NCBI GenBank assembly: GCA_044222185.1
Contig: JBGANV010000001.1
Coordinates: 1,248,001-1,312,000, forward strand
Length of the DNA: 64,000 nucleotides
Source: Planctomycetota bacterium
GTDB lineage: Bacteria > Planctomycetota > GCA-002687715 > CAIWVZ01
Direction of reading: 5' to 3'
Made by a program: the position numbers and the translations under genes. This document shows, one piece after another, positions 19,126 to 29,000 of this stretch; within the stretch, counting starts at the first letter, position 1; each line of letters begins with the position of its first letter. The notes below the pieces were generated by a model. The model had not been told where the DNA came from. It did no database searches and worked only from the letters and a program-made list of their open reading frames with translations.

Positions 19126-20166
19126 ATGTGGTTCGCCCTTCTCGCTCTCGCCGGCATGACCCCAGTCAGCGCCGGCCCGCGCCCTGAGTGCCCGCCAGGC
19201 TACGTCGTCCAGGAAGTCGTCGTCCCGGTCTGGGAACCGGCACGCTACCAGCGCGTCGAGAAGCAGGTCTGGGTCGCGCCGGTCATCTGCAAGCGAACCG
19301 TCGACGAGTACGTTCCGCCGCGTTACGTCGACGTGCCAGAGCGCATCTTCGTTCCGGCGCAGTACCAGACGGTCGAACGGAAGGTCTGGATCCCGCCCGC
19401 CTTCGAGATGAAGGAGCGTCGCGTCTGGATCCCCATCGAGTACACGACGAGCAAGGTGACCGAGTGGGTTCCCGCTCGATTCGAAACCGTCGAAGAGCAG
19501 GTCTTCGTGCCGGCCACGTTCCACTGGGAAGTGGTGAAGGTGCCCGTCGAACCGATCTACGACGTGCAGGAGAAGAAGGTCTGGGTCGAGCCGCAGTTCA
19601 AGAAGGAGCTGAAGAAGTCCTTCGACCCCGTGACGAAACGCCCGGTCGTCGAGGAAGTCCAGGTGCAGGTCCCCGGCACCGGCGTTTGGCGTGTGGACAA
19701 GGTGAAGGTCCCCCGCCCCGGAACCGGTGGGTTCCGCGACGAGCGCCGCCAGGTCCAGGATCCGGGAACCGGGTGCAACAAGACCGTCCGGAAACAGGTG
19801 CAGGTCCCGGGAACCGGGTGCAACGTGAGCCGCGAAGTCCGCGTCCAGGTCCCCGGGACGGGCTGCTATCGCAACATCCAGGAGCGCTGCCAGGTCGCCG
19901 GCACTGGGGTCTGGACGAATCAGTGCGAGCAGGTGCTCGTCGCCGGCACGAACGTCTGGGTCGAGCGCCTCGTCCGCAAGCAGGTCGAAGGCACGGGCAT
20001 CACCGTGCGGCGCGAGATCGAGGAGACCCAGCCCGGCACTGGCGTGTGGAAGACGGTCTGCGAAGACGTCCTCATTCCTGGGACCGGGTGCTACGTGCAG
20101 AAGGTCGAGTACCGCGTCGTCCCCGACCCGCACCACCACGGCCACGGGCACGGTCGCGGCCGGTGA
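19126..20166 (+). CDS. Secreted Val/Pro-rich beta-repeat protein with His/Gly tail
   Basis: AAAGGAG RBS; signal peptide MWFALLALAGMTPVSA; 13-aa VWVPxxY repeats then 15-aa VQVPGTGxW repeats; HHHGHGHGRGR end. Confidence 0.85.
   Translation: MWFALLALAGMTPVSAGPRPECPPGYVVQEVVVPVWEPARYQRVEKQVWVAPVICKRTVDEYVPPRYVDVPERIFVPAQYQTVERKVWIPPAFEMKERRVWIPIEYTTSKVTEWVPARFETVEEQVFVPATFHWEVVKVPVEPIYDVQEKKVWVEPQFKKELKKSFDPVTKRPVVEEVQVQVPGTGVWRVDKVKVPRPGTGGFRDERRQVQDPGTGCNKTVRKQVQVPGTGCNVSREVRVQVPGTGCYRNIQERCQVAGTGVWTNQCEQVLVAGTNVWVERLVRKQVEGTGITVRREIEETQPGTGVWKTVCEDVLIPGTGCYVQKVEYRVVPDPHHHGHGHGRGR
19228..20097 (+). repeat. Intragenic tandem repeats: 10 x 39 bp units then 10 x 45 bp units
   Basis: Recurring gtctgggtc/atc-ccg at 39-bp period and caggtccc(c/g)gg(c/a/g)ac(c/g)gg at 45-bp period. 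Confidence 0.85.
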
Positions 20167-20182
20167 TGGTGCGCCCGAAGGG

Positions 20183-21403
20183 TCACAGCCCGATGAGGAC
20201 GTCGAGCGCCGGTGAGAATCCCGTGGTGGTCGCCGAGCGGTTGGCCGCCTGCAGGTAGAGGTGCGACCCCACGAGCGCAGGGTTGTTCGGAACGAACACC
20301 TGCGCGGAAGACTGGGTGCCCATCTCGGCGATGAAGTCCGGTGACACACGGAGAGCGCAACCGCTGAAACCGTAAGGGGCGAGGCTCATCGGGAGCACAC
20401 CCGCCGAGGAGATCGTGTTCGAATTGCCGAACGCGACGGTGTGCAGGTAGAGCGCCGACCCGGACACCTGGACGGTGAACGTGCTCCCGAGCGTGGGCGC
20501 ACCGGCGACGCTCAGCGTCGTCCCGTTGCACCCCGTGCCGAAGGTCGATGGCGGGACGTAGTAGTCGAACGCGTTCGACAGCGTCCCCGTCCCTCCCGGC
20601 CCCGTCACGTTGATCGACGTCCACCCGCTCGCATTCGGCGGAGCGTCCACCGAGAGAGTCGTCCCATTGATGACCGTGAACGTCGCCGGAGTCGAGCCGA
20701 ACGTCACCGCGGTCGTTCCCGTGAAATTCGAGCCGCTGATCACCACGGCAGCAGCTCCGGTCGTCGGCCCGTGATTGGGCAGCACGGCCGCAACGACGGG
20801 CGCCGTCACCGGCGCGAGCGCGACCAGCTGCACGTTGTCGATCATCCAGCCCGTCCCGCTGTTCCCGATCCCATCCGCCGTGAAATAGAAGCGGAGCTTG
20901 ATCGCCGTTCCCGGTGTCGCAGTGAACGTGTGGCTGCGCTGCGCATTGAATCCGATGGCGGGCGCTGACGGTGTGACCGGCGTCCAGAACGGGGCGGTGA
21001 ACGGCGCGTAGACGCGGTAGGCAACCTGGGCCGTGTCGCCCGTCGGGTCGACGCCAAGCCAGCAGGTGTAGTTGATCTGATAGGTTCCGCTCCCGGTGAG
21101 CGTGATCAGCGGCGAGATGAGCTCGCCACCGGTTGCCACTCCCTGCCCAGCGGAATAGCTACATGTCGCGGAGGTGGTGTTGTACGCGGCCGTCATGCTC
21201 GTGGAACCACAGGTCCCGGGGCCAGCGATGTGCCACAAACCGCTGGCGTAGTTGTTGACTGTCCACCCCGAGATCCCCCCTTGGAAATTCTCGCTGAAGA
21301 GCGTTGTCTGGCTCGGAGTGAGGCTCGCGACGATGGCGATCACTGCACTCGACCAAATCCCCAGCCGCACCGAGCCCATGGCGCGCTTCGAGTCCGTCTT
21401 CAT
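20183..21403 (-). CDS. Secreted modular protein: MAM/jelly-roll-like domain, IPT/TIG domain, Cys-containing C-terminal domain
   Basis: FSENF..G.SGW...LISP.ITL...LRFYF...GWMIDNV; IPT motif P..GP.TG...V.ISGSNF...VTFG; C-terminal FGTGC...VPNNPALVG...Q. Confidence 0.8.
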   Translation of the reverse strand: MKTDSKRAMGSVRLGIWSSAVIAIVASLTPSQTTLFSENFQGGISGWTVNNYASGLWHIAGPGTCGSTSMTAAYNTTSATCSYSAGQGVATGGELISPLITLTGSGTYQINYTCWLGVDPTGDTAQVAYRVYAPFTAPFWTPVTPSAPAIGFNAQRSHTFTATPGTAIKLRFYFTADGIGNSGTGWMIDNVQLVALAPVTAPVVAAVLPNHGPTTGAAAVVISGSNFTGTTAVTFGSTPATFTVINGTTLSVDAPPNASGWTSINVTGPGGTGTLSNAFDYYVPPSTFGTGCNGTTLSVAGAPTLGSTFTVQVSGSALYLHTVAFGNSNTISSAGVLPMSLAPYGFSGCALRVSPDFIAEMGTQSSAQVFVPNNPALVGSHLYLQAANRSATTTGFSPALDVLIGL

Positions 21404-21537
21404 CTGGCCACCCTTCCCAGCGAGTAGCGAGTTCCCAACAAGCAGGCTTTGACGCGCCCGATGATGCCAGAAAAACTCCGACCGAGTACCCTGGGCGCGC
21501 CACACATTTCACCATCGAAGCCATAGAGCACCCGCCG

Positions 21538-24500
21538 ATGAAATTCCGCAACCTCCGCACTCTGACGTTCGTCGCCCTCGCCGCATGGTCGGCGCTCGGG
21601 CAAGGCGACCTCCCGGCGCGACTGCCACCCGAGAACGGACCGCAATCGATGGAGGTCGGATGGCACGTCCTCCGCGGAGGCACGGTCCACCTGGACTCCG
21701 AACGGACCATCGAGAAGGGTGTCGTGGAGATTCGTGACGGCCGGATCGTGCGCGTGGGTCCGGCGAGCGAGCCGGTCGCAGGCATCGGCGCCCGTGAATG
21801 GGACACCACCGGGCACCACATTTATCCTGGCCTGATAGAGAGTTACATCGAAGTGGATGCACCCGCACCTGACGCGCAATCGGGCGGTGTGCACTGGAGT
21901 GCGAAGGTCACGCCCCAGCGCTCGGCCCTCGACGGCAAGGGGTTGGACGCGAAGACGGCCGACGCCCTTCGGAGGCTCGGCTTCTGCGCCGCCGCCATCT
22001 CCCCGAAGGGAGGGGTGTTCCGAGGGCGGGCCGCCGTCGTGTCGACGGAGGACCCGACCCCGGAGCCATCCCGCGCAGGCCCCGCGGTACTCAAGGAGGA
22101 CGTCTATCAGTCCGTCGGAATGAGCGTGTCATTCTCATTTGGCGACCCCCCTGCCACGCCGGGGACGGCGCCACGGACGGAGGCATGGCCGGCCTACCCA
22201 TCGTCGCTCATGGGGACGATCGCCGTGATCCGGCAGACGCTGCTGGACGCGGACTGGGCGGCGCGCGTCGGGAAGGCGATCGGCCCGAACGCCGACGTCG
22301 GTGCCCTCGGCCACCTGGACGGCGCCAGGCCCATCCTCTTCGACGTCGCCGACGAGCAGGACGTCCTGCGCGCCGGCAAGCTCGCGGCGGAGTTCCACCG
22401 AACGGGGATCGTGCTGGGCACCGGTCGGGAGTTCCGGCGCCTGTCCGCCATCGCGAAATCCCGACTGCCGATCATCGTCCCACTCGACTTCCCCGATCGG
22501 CCGAAGGTCTCGTCCGTCAGCGACGGCGAGGCCGTCGACCTCCGCGAGATGATGAGCTGGGAACAGTCACCGACGAACCTGCGCCGCCTCGTGGCAGCGG
22601 GCGTCCAGGTCGCGATCACGTCCAGCAAACTTCGCGACCGCTCGAAGTTCCGCGAGAACCTCCGCCTCGCGATCCGCAACGGTCTGAGTGAATCCACGGC
22701 GCTCCGCCTCCTCACCGTCGTGCCCGCGACGATCCTCGGGATCGAGCGCGTAGGCACGCTCGACCCGGGCAACCGTGCCAACGTCCTGGTCACCGACGGC
22801 CCTCTCTTCGGCAAGGACGCGAAGATCCGCGACGTGTGGATCGACGGCCGGCGCCACGAGATCACGCCGCCCAAGGAAGAAGTGCCCCGCGGCGACTGGT
22901 CCGTGACGATCGCGGGCCCCAAGGTCCCCTCGCTCGAACTCGGCGTTCAGCCCGAAAACAAGCTCGGGCTGCGGTCGGGCGATCAGAAGTCCCAGGCGAA
23001 GGACGTCCGCCTCGACCAGGGCCGACTGGAGTTCGTCGCAGAGCTTCCCGGCGTCGCGGGCGCGCTCGCGAGTTTCTCCGCCGTGCTCGACGGCGATCGC
23101 CTGGTGGGCACCGTTCGCCTCGCGGACGGGTCGCTCTCACCGTGGAGCGCGTCGAGGATCGCGGGATCGGAGACGCGTGCTGCGGAGTCGCGTGAGGCGG
23201 AGTCCCGCACGTCGTCACGAAGGTCGAACGAGAGCGGCCCGTCGACGCGCGCGGCATCGCGTCCCAGCTCCAAGCCTGACGACGACGCGCCCGTGACCGA
23301 CGTCCCCGAGACGTTCGGTCATCCATTCGGGCCGTACGCCCATGCGGACCTTCCCCTGCGCCGATACTCCGTGCTGCTGTCGGGGGCGACCGTCTGGACG
23401 TCGGGACCGCAAGGCGTGATCGAGAACGGGTTCGTGCTGCTCGAGAGCTCGCGCATCAAATACGTCGGCGCGCGTCGCCCAACGGATCTCCCCGCCGTGA
23501 CGGTGGAGATCGACTGCCGTGGCAAGCACGTCACGCCGGGTCTCATCGACTGCCACTCGCACACTGGGATCGCTCGCGGCGTGAACGAGGGCGGCGAAGC
23601 CGTGAGCGCCGAGGTCCGCGTCGAAGACGTCACGGATGCCGACGCCATCTCCTGGTATCGACAGCTGGCGGGCGGCATCACGACCGTGAACTCGCTCCAC
23701 GGATCCGCCAACGCCATCGGCGGACAGAACTGCATCAACAAGAACCGCTGGGGCGCGATCCGCGCCGACGACCTGCACTTCCGTGGCGCGCCGCCCGGCA
23801 TCAAGTTCGCCCTCGGCGAGAACCCGCGCGGCGCCAACTCACCGCCGGAACGCCAGGGCAATCCGCGATACCCACAGACGCGACTTGGGGTCGAAGCGCT
23901 CATCCGTGACCGGCTCACGGCCGGGCGGGATTACGCCGCTGCATTCGAGCGATGGCGCGCCGCTGGCCGCCCTGCCGCGTCGGAGCCCCGCCGGGACCTC
24001 GAACTCGACGCCATGGCGGAGATCCTGGCGGGGACCCGCCTCGTGCACTGTCACTCCTATCGTCAGGACGAGATCCTCATGCTGTGCCGCCTGTCGCAGG
24101 AGTTCGGCTTCAAGCTCGGCACCTTCCAGCACGTACTCGAGGGCTACAAGGTGGCCGACGCCATCAAGGAGACGTCGCGCGGCGGCTCCACGTTCTCCGA
24201 CTGGTGGGGTTACAAGCTCGAGGTCCAGGATGCCATTCCGGAGAACGGCGCGATCATGCATGAAGTCGGCGTGACCGTCAGCTTCAACTCCGACTCGGAT
24301 GAACTCGCTCGCCGAATGAACCTCGAGGCGGCAAAGGCCGTGCGGTACGGACACGTCACTCCGGAGGAGGCGCTCAAGTTCGTGACGATCAACCCCGCGC
24401 GACAGCTCGCGATCGACGCGACCGTCGGATCGCTCGAAGCGGGCAAGGACGCGGACCTCGTCATCTGGAGCGGGCACCCGCTTTCGGTCTCGACGAAGGC

Positions 24501-24744
24501 CGAGCAGACTTGGGTCGATGGTCGGCCGTATTTCACGCTCGAACGCGACGCAGCGATGAGGAAGACGATCGCGGATGAGCGCACCAGACTGGTGCAGAAG
24601 ATCCTCGCGAGCGCCAAGGACGGCCCCGGGGACGCACCGCCCGACGGAGGCCCACCCGGCGGGCCCGGGGGCCGACGTCGACGACCGACCGATCACGACG
24701 TTCGCGGGGATTGCGGGTGCTCGGAGGTGGACGCCCATGAATGA
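21538..24744 (+). CDS. Secreted tandem amidohydrolase (degenerate N-terminal barrel, intact C-terminal barrel)
   Basis: YPGLIESY (no HxH) in domain 1; TPGLIDCHSH, KFALGEN, HCHSY, FQHVLEG, NSD, GSLEAGKDAD in domain 2. Confidence 0.9.
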   Translation: MKFRNLRTLTFVALAAWSALGQGDLPARLPPENGPQSMEVGWHVLRGGTVHLDSERTIEKGVVEIRDGRIVRVGPASEPVAGIGAREWDTTGHHIYPGLIESYIEVDAPAPDAQSGGVHWSAKVTPQRSALDGKGLDAKTADALRRLGFCAAAISPKGGVFRGRAAVVSTEDPTPEPSRAGPAVLKEDVYQSVGMSVSFSFGDPPATPGTAPRTEAWPAYPSSLMGTIAVIRQTLLDADWAARVGKAIGPNADVGALGHLDGARPILFDVADEQDVLRAGKLAAEFHRTGIVLGTGREFRRLSAIAKSRLPIIVPLDFPDRPKVSSVSDGEAVDLREMMSWEQSPTNLRRLVAAGVQVAITSSKLRDRSKFRENLRLAIRNGLSESTALRLLTVVPATILGIERVGTLDPGNRANVLVTDGPLFGKDAKIRDVWIDGRRHEITPPKEEVPRGDWSVTIAGPKVPSLELGVQPENKLGLRSGDQKSQAKDVRLDQGRLEFVAELPGVAGALASFSAVLDGDRLVGTVRLADGSLSPWSASRIAGSETRAAESREAESRTSSRRSNESGPSTRAASRPSSKPDDDAPVTDVPETFGHPFGPYAHADLPLRRYSVLLSGATVWTSGPQGVIENGFVLLESSRIKYVGARRPTDLPAVTVEIDCRGKHVTPGLIDCHSHTGIARGVNEGGEAVSAEVRVEDVTDADAISWYRQLAGGITTVNSLHGSANAIGGQNCINKNRWGAIRADDLHFRGAPPGIKFALGENPRGANSPPERQGNPRYPQTRLGVEALIRDRLTAGRDYAAAFERWRAAGRPAASEPRRDLELDAMAEILAGTRLVHCHSYRQDEILMLCRLSQEFGFKLGTFQHVLEGYKVADAIKETSRGGSTFSDWWGYKLEVQDAIPENGAIMHEVGVTVSFNSDSDELARRMNLEAAKAVRYGHVTPEEALKFVTINPARQLAIDATVGSLEAGKDADLVIWSGHPLSVSTKAEQTWVDGRPYFTLERDAAMRKTIADERTRLVQKILASAKDGPGDAPPDGGPPGGPGGRRRRPTDHDVRGDCGCSEVDAHE

Positions 24745-26068
24745 TCGCACCAGAGTCGCGCTCGTCGTCACGCTCGTGCTCGCGTCTGCGGGCAGCGCCC
24801 AGGACCTGGGAGTGAAGGCCGCGGCCCAGAGAGCCCCGGTCGTGCTCACCCATGCAATGATTCACCCGGTCACAGGCCCCGTCATCGAAGATGGAGCGCT
24901 GCGTTTCGAGTCCGGAAAGATCACCGCCGTCGGCAAGGTGGAGCCGTCGGCCAAGGACACCGTGATCGACGTCCGCGGCCACCACGTCTACCCCGGACTG
25001 ATCGCCTGCTGGACACGCCTCGGGCTCACGGAGTTCGACGAGGTCCGCCAGTCCATCGATCATTCGGAGACCGGTGAGTACACGCCCGAGGTGAAGGCCG
25101 CAGTCGGCGTCAACGCCGACTCGACCCTCTTCCCCGTGACGCGCTCGAACGGCGTTCTGCTTGCAGGAGTCGTGCCCGGCGGCGGAACCATCGCCGGCCG
25201 CATGAGCGTCCTGCAGCTCGAGGGCTGGACGTGGGAGGAGATGACCGTGCTCGACGTGGGCGGACTCGTGGTGAACTGGCCCGCGGCGCGGCGCTCACCG
25301 TTCGGCTTTGGGGCCACCGGTGCGGATGCAGACTCGGCACGCGAGTCGAATGCCGCGATCACCAGACTCGACGCCTACTTCTCCGCTGCGAGGGCGTACG
25401 CGTTCTCACGCGCGGTCGATCCGTCCACGCCGTCGAACATCCGATACGACGCCATGGCGGCGGTCTGGGCGTCGAAGTTCTCGGCCGCGCGCCCCGTGTT
25501 CATCACCGCGGAGACGCTGGCGCAGATCGAGGCGGCCGTCGCGTTCGGAGCGCGCCACTCGCTCTCCGTCGTGATCGTCGGCGGCCGCGACGCGCCGTTG
25601 TGCGCCGAGCTGCTGCGCGCCCGCAAGGTCCCCGTCGTCGTTCCGGGCACCCACCGCCTTCCCCGCCGCGGGGACTCGCCCTACGACGAATCCTTCACTC
25701 TCCCGGCGCGGCTCGAGGCCGCGGGAATCACGTGGTGCCTCGCCAGCGGCGAGGAGACGCCCCACGAGCGCAACCTCCCCTTCAACGCCGGAATGGCCAC
25801 GGCTCACGGGCTGTCACGCGAGGCGGCCCTTCGTGCGATCACGCTCGCACCGGCACAGGTGCTGGGCATCTCGGATGGGTTCGGCTCCATCGAGGTCGGC
25901 AAGTCCGCGACGATCTTCATGACGGATGGCGATCCGCTGGAGATCATGACGCAGACGAAGCGCGCGTGGATCGCGGGCCGGGAGATCGACCTCGCCAACA
26001 AGCAGACCCACCTCGCGGAGAAATACCGGACGAGATACCGGCAGCGCGCCCTGCTCTCCGACAAGTGA
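24737..26068 (+). CDS. Secreted amidohydrolase-fold partner protein lacking HxH
   Basis: Signal peptide; YPGLIACWTRLGLTE, ALRAITLAPAQVLG..GSIEVGK.A; overlaps upstream stop. Confidence 0.88.
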   Translation: MNDRTRVALVVTLVLASAGSAQDLGVKAAAQRAPVVLTHAMIHPVTGPVIEDGALRFESGKITAVGKVEPSAKDTVIDVRGHHVYPGLIACWTRLGLTEFDEVRQSIDHSETGEYTPEVKAAVGVNADSTLFPVTRSNGVLLAGVVPGGGTIAGRMSVLQLEGWTWEEMTVLDVGGLVVNWPAARRSPFGFGATGADADSARESNAAITRLDAYFSAARAYAFSRAVDPSTPSNIRYDAMAAVWASKFSAARPVFITAETLAQIEAAVAFGARHSLSVVIVGGRDAPLCAELLRARKVPVVVPGTHRLPRRGDSPYDESFTLPARLEAAGITWCLASGEETPHERNLPFNAGMATAHGLSREAALRAITLAPAQVLGISDGFGSIEVGKSATIFMTDGDPLEIMTQTKRAWIAGREIDLANKQTHLAEKYRTRYRQRALLSDK

Positions 26069-26078
26069 CGGTCACACC

Positions 26079-29000
26079 ATGACGGACCAGACGTTGGGCG
26101 GAGCGGCGCCAGATCCATCGGCACGACCATGGGACACCGGAATGGAGACGGTCCGGCGTTGCTGGCAGGAGACCGTCCTCGCCGGTGCCGACTGGCGCTC
26201 TCAGGCCGTCGAGGCCTCCTACGGGAGGAGGCCGCCTGACGCCGCCACGGCCATCGAGCTCGCCACGCTACGGCTGTCGACGAATCCCCCACCCAGCGAC
26301 GTGCCCGCGACGCCTGCCGCCGCCGGCTACGACTTGCTGGAGGAGATCGGGCGCGGCGGCATGGGCGTCGTCTATCGTGGACGGCAGCGCAACCTCGACC
26401 GCGACGTCGCCGTCAAGACCATCTCCCCGAAGCTCGGCGACCGGATGGTCGCGCACTTCGTGACCGAGGCGCGAGTCACGGGCTCCCTCTCGCACCCGAA
26501 CATCCTGCCCGTCTACGATCTCGGCGTCGGAGACGACGGCAAGCCGTTCCTCGCCATGAAGCTCGTCGGTGGCCGGCCCTGGAGCGCCCTCCTCCACCCG
26601 AAGACGGAGAGCGACGAGGCTGCCGCGCTGGCACTCGACTTCCCCGCGCACCTGGGAATCCTCATCGCCGTGTGCAACGCCGTCGCCTACGCGCACCAAA
26701 GCGGCGTGATCCATCGCGATCTGAAGCCGAGCAACGTGATGGTCGGCGAGTTCGGCGAGGTCCTGCTCATGGATTGGGGCCTCGCGCTGAAGCTGGACTC
26801 GCGGTCGCAGGCACATGCGGAATCAGGTCCCGTGGGAACGCCCGTGTACATGTCGCCGGAACTCGCCGTGGGTGACGTCCCGGGGCATGGGCCGTGGACC
26901 GACATCTACCTTCTCGGCGGCATCCTCCACGAGATCATCTCGGGGCGTCCGCCCCACGGTCATTCGACGCTCCCCGAAGTGATCGACGCGGCGATCCGCA
27001 GTTCGCCGCCATCGTTCACCGACGAGACTCCCCTCGAGCTCCAGCAGATCTGCAGCCGCGCCATGGCCCGCGATCCGCGCGAGCGACACCCGTCGGCCAT
27101 CGCGTTCCGGGACGCGCTCACGGCATTCCTGCGGCATCGGGAAAGCATCGCCATCTCGGACTCTGCACGAGGCCGCCTGCAACGGTCCCGCTCGAAGGCG
27201 GAGTCCGACGAAGCGGTCCGTCACGAGGGATTCAGCAGGGCCGTCGCCGGGTTCGAGCAGGCCCTGGTGCTGTGGCCTCAAAACCCGGAGGCGATCTCGG
27301 GCCTCGCTGCGGCGCGCCTCGACTGGGCAGGCGCGGCCTTGGCCGCTGGTGATCTCGCGCTCGCCGAAGCGCAGCTGCGCTCTCTCGCCGTCGATGACGA
27401 GCGCGTCGCCACGACGACTCGCGCCGTCGCCGTCGCGCGCGACCGGCGCTTGCGAGCGACCGAACATGCGAGGCGCACGAAGATCGCGCTGATCGCCGCC
27501 GGCCTCCTGCTGTTCGCGAGCGTTGCCACGGGATTGATCGTCGTCTCGATCGAGCAGGGACACACACGGCGCGCACTCGAAGGCGAGAGCGCCGCCCGCG
27601 GCCGCGCCGAGCAACGGGCTGTGGACATCCGCAAGCTCACGCAGTCGCTCGTGTACGAGGTCCACGACGCCGTGGAGAAGCTCCCCGGAGCGACGCCCGT
27701 GCGCGCCACGCTGGCGGCGCGGGCCGTCGAGGTACTGGACAAGCTCGCTGCGGAATCGACGGACGACCCAACGCTCATCGCAGAATTGTCGGCGGCCTAC
27801 GAGCGCGTGGCGGCCGTGCAGGGGCACAGCCTCACGGGGCATCTGGGTCAGGCTTCGGAAGCGCTGAAGACGTTCGAGAAGGCCCTCGCCTTGCGGACGC
27901 GCGCCGCAACGCTCGCGCCGGCGAACGAGGACAACCAACGGGCCGTCGCAATCGTGAATCGACTGATCGGCGAAGCCCTCGTCCGCCTCGACCGCATGCG
28001 CGAGGCCCACGAGCACTACGAGGCCGCGCAGAAGCTCATCGCGGCAGTCGAGGCACGGAACCCCGATCACCCGCTCGTGCTCCGCGATCGAGCGGGCATT
28101 CTCGAGCGCCGGGCCGACCTCGCGAAGGCCGAAGGGCGAATCGTGGAAGCGCTCGAGATCCAGCGCGAATGCACGCGCATCGCCAACCGCATCCTCCAAC
28201 TGAAACCCGGTGATCCGGAGGCGAAGGCCGACCTGACGGGTTCGCTGCTCGGCGAAGCGCAGCTCCTGTGGCTCACGGGACGGGCCGGCGAATCGATCGA
28301 CGTCGCACGCCGCACCGTCGCGATGCAGCAGGAACTCCTCGCGGCCGCACCCAACGACGCCGAACGGCGCCGAAGCCTCACCATCAGCCTGGAGGCACTC
28401 GCCGAGGGGCTCGTGAGTCAGGGCCAGATGGACGAAGCCATCAAGATCGACCGCAACGTCGTCACGGCTCGGCGCAAACTGTCGACGGACGACCCGGCGA
28501 ACGTGCAAGCACGGTCGGATCTCGGAAGCGCTCTCTTCCATCTGGGCGACGCGTTGATGAAGGTCAGCGAATTCAACGAGGCGATGGCTGCCTACAAGGA
28601 ATGGCAGGTCGTCGCCAAGGAATGCGCCGCGCTCGACCCCGGGGATTCCCAGTTCCAACGGGACGTGGTCCTCTCCGACCTCTTCGCGGCCCAGGCGCAG
28701 CTTGCCCTCGGCGACCCGGCCGGCGCGAATGCCGTGCTCGGGCGCGCACTCGAGAACGCCGAGAAGCGGACTGCGGCCGAACCCAAGAACGCGAATTCCG
28801 CGCTGGATGCGGTTCAGATCCGGATCCGTCGCGCGGAGGCCTTCACCGCACTCGGGGACGATTCGTCGGCGGTCGCCGAGCTCGAGCGAGGCCTGGGCTA
28901 CTTCCTGCCGTTCGGGGACCTCGGCGGAAACTTCGCCGCGCTGCGTCGCACGCGAGCACACCTGCTCGAGCGCTACGGCGACCTGCTCCAGACCGCCGGC

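Noticed and set aside
19228-20097. Periodic DNA repeats as a CRISPR array
   Set aside because: Repeats are degenerate, in-frame and coding, with no unique spacers or cas genes
13495-20166. RiPP cluster hypothesis (TldD/E plus Cys/Thr/Gly repeat protein as precursor)
   Set aside because: No YcaO, radical SAM, lanthipeptide or RRE genes; the repeat protein has a Sec signal and structural periodicity
21454-21470. TGGCATCATCGGGCGC on the minus strand as a fourth sigma54 promoter
   Set aside because: Spacing is GG-N9/N11-GC, not N10, and there is no TTGC
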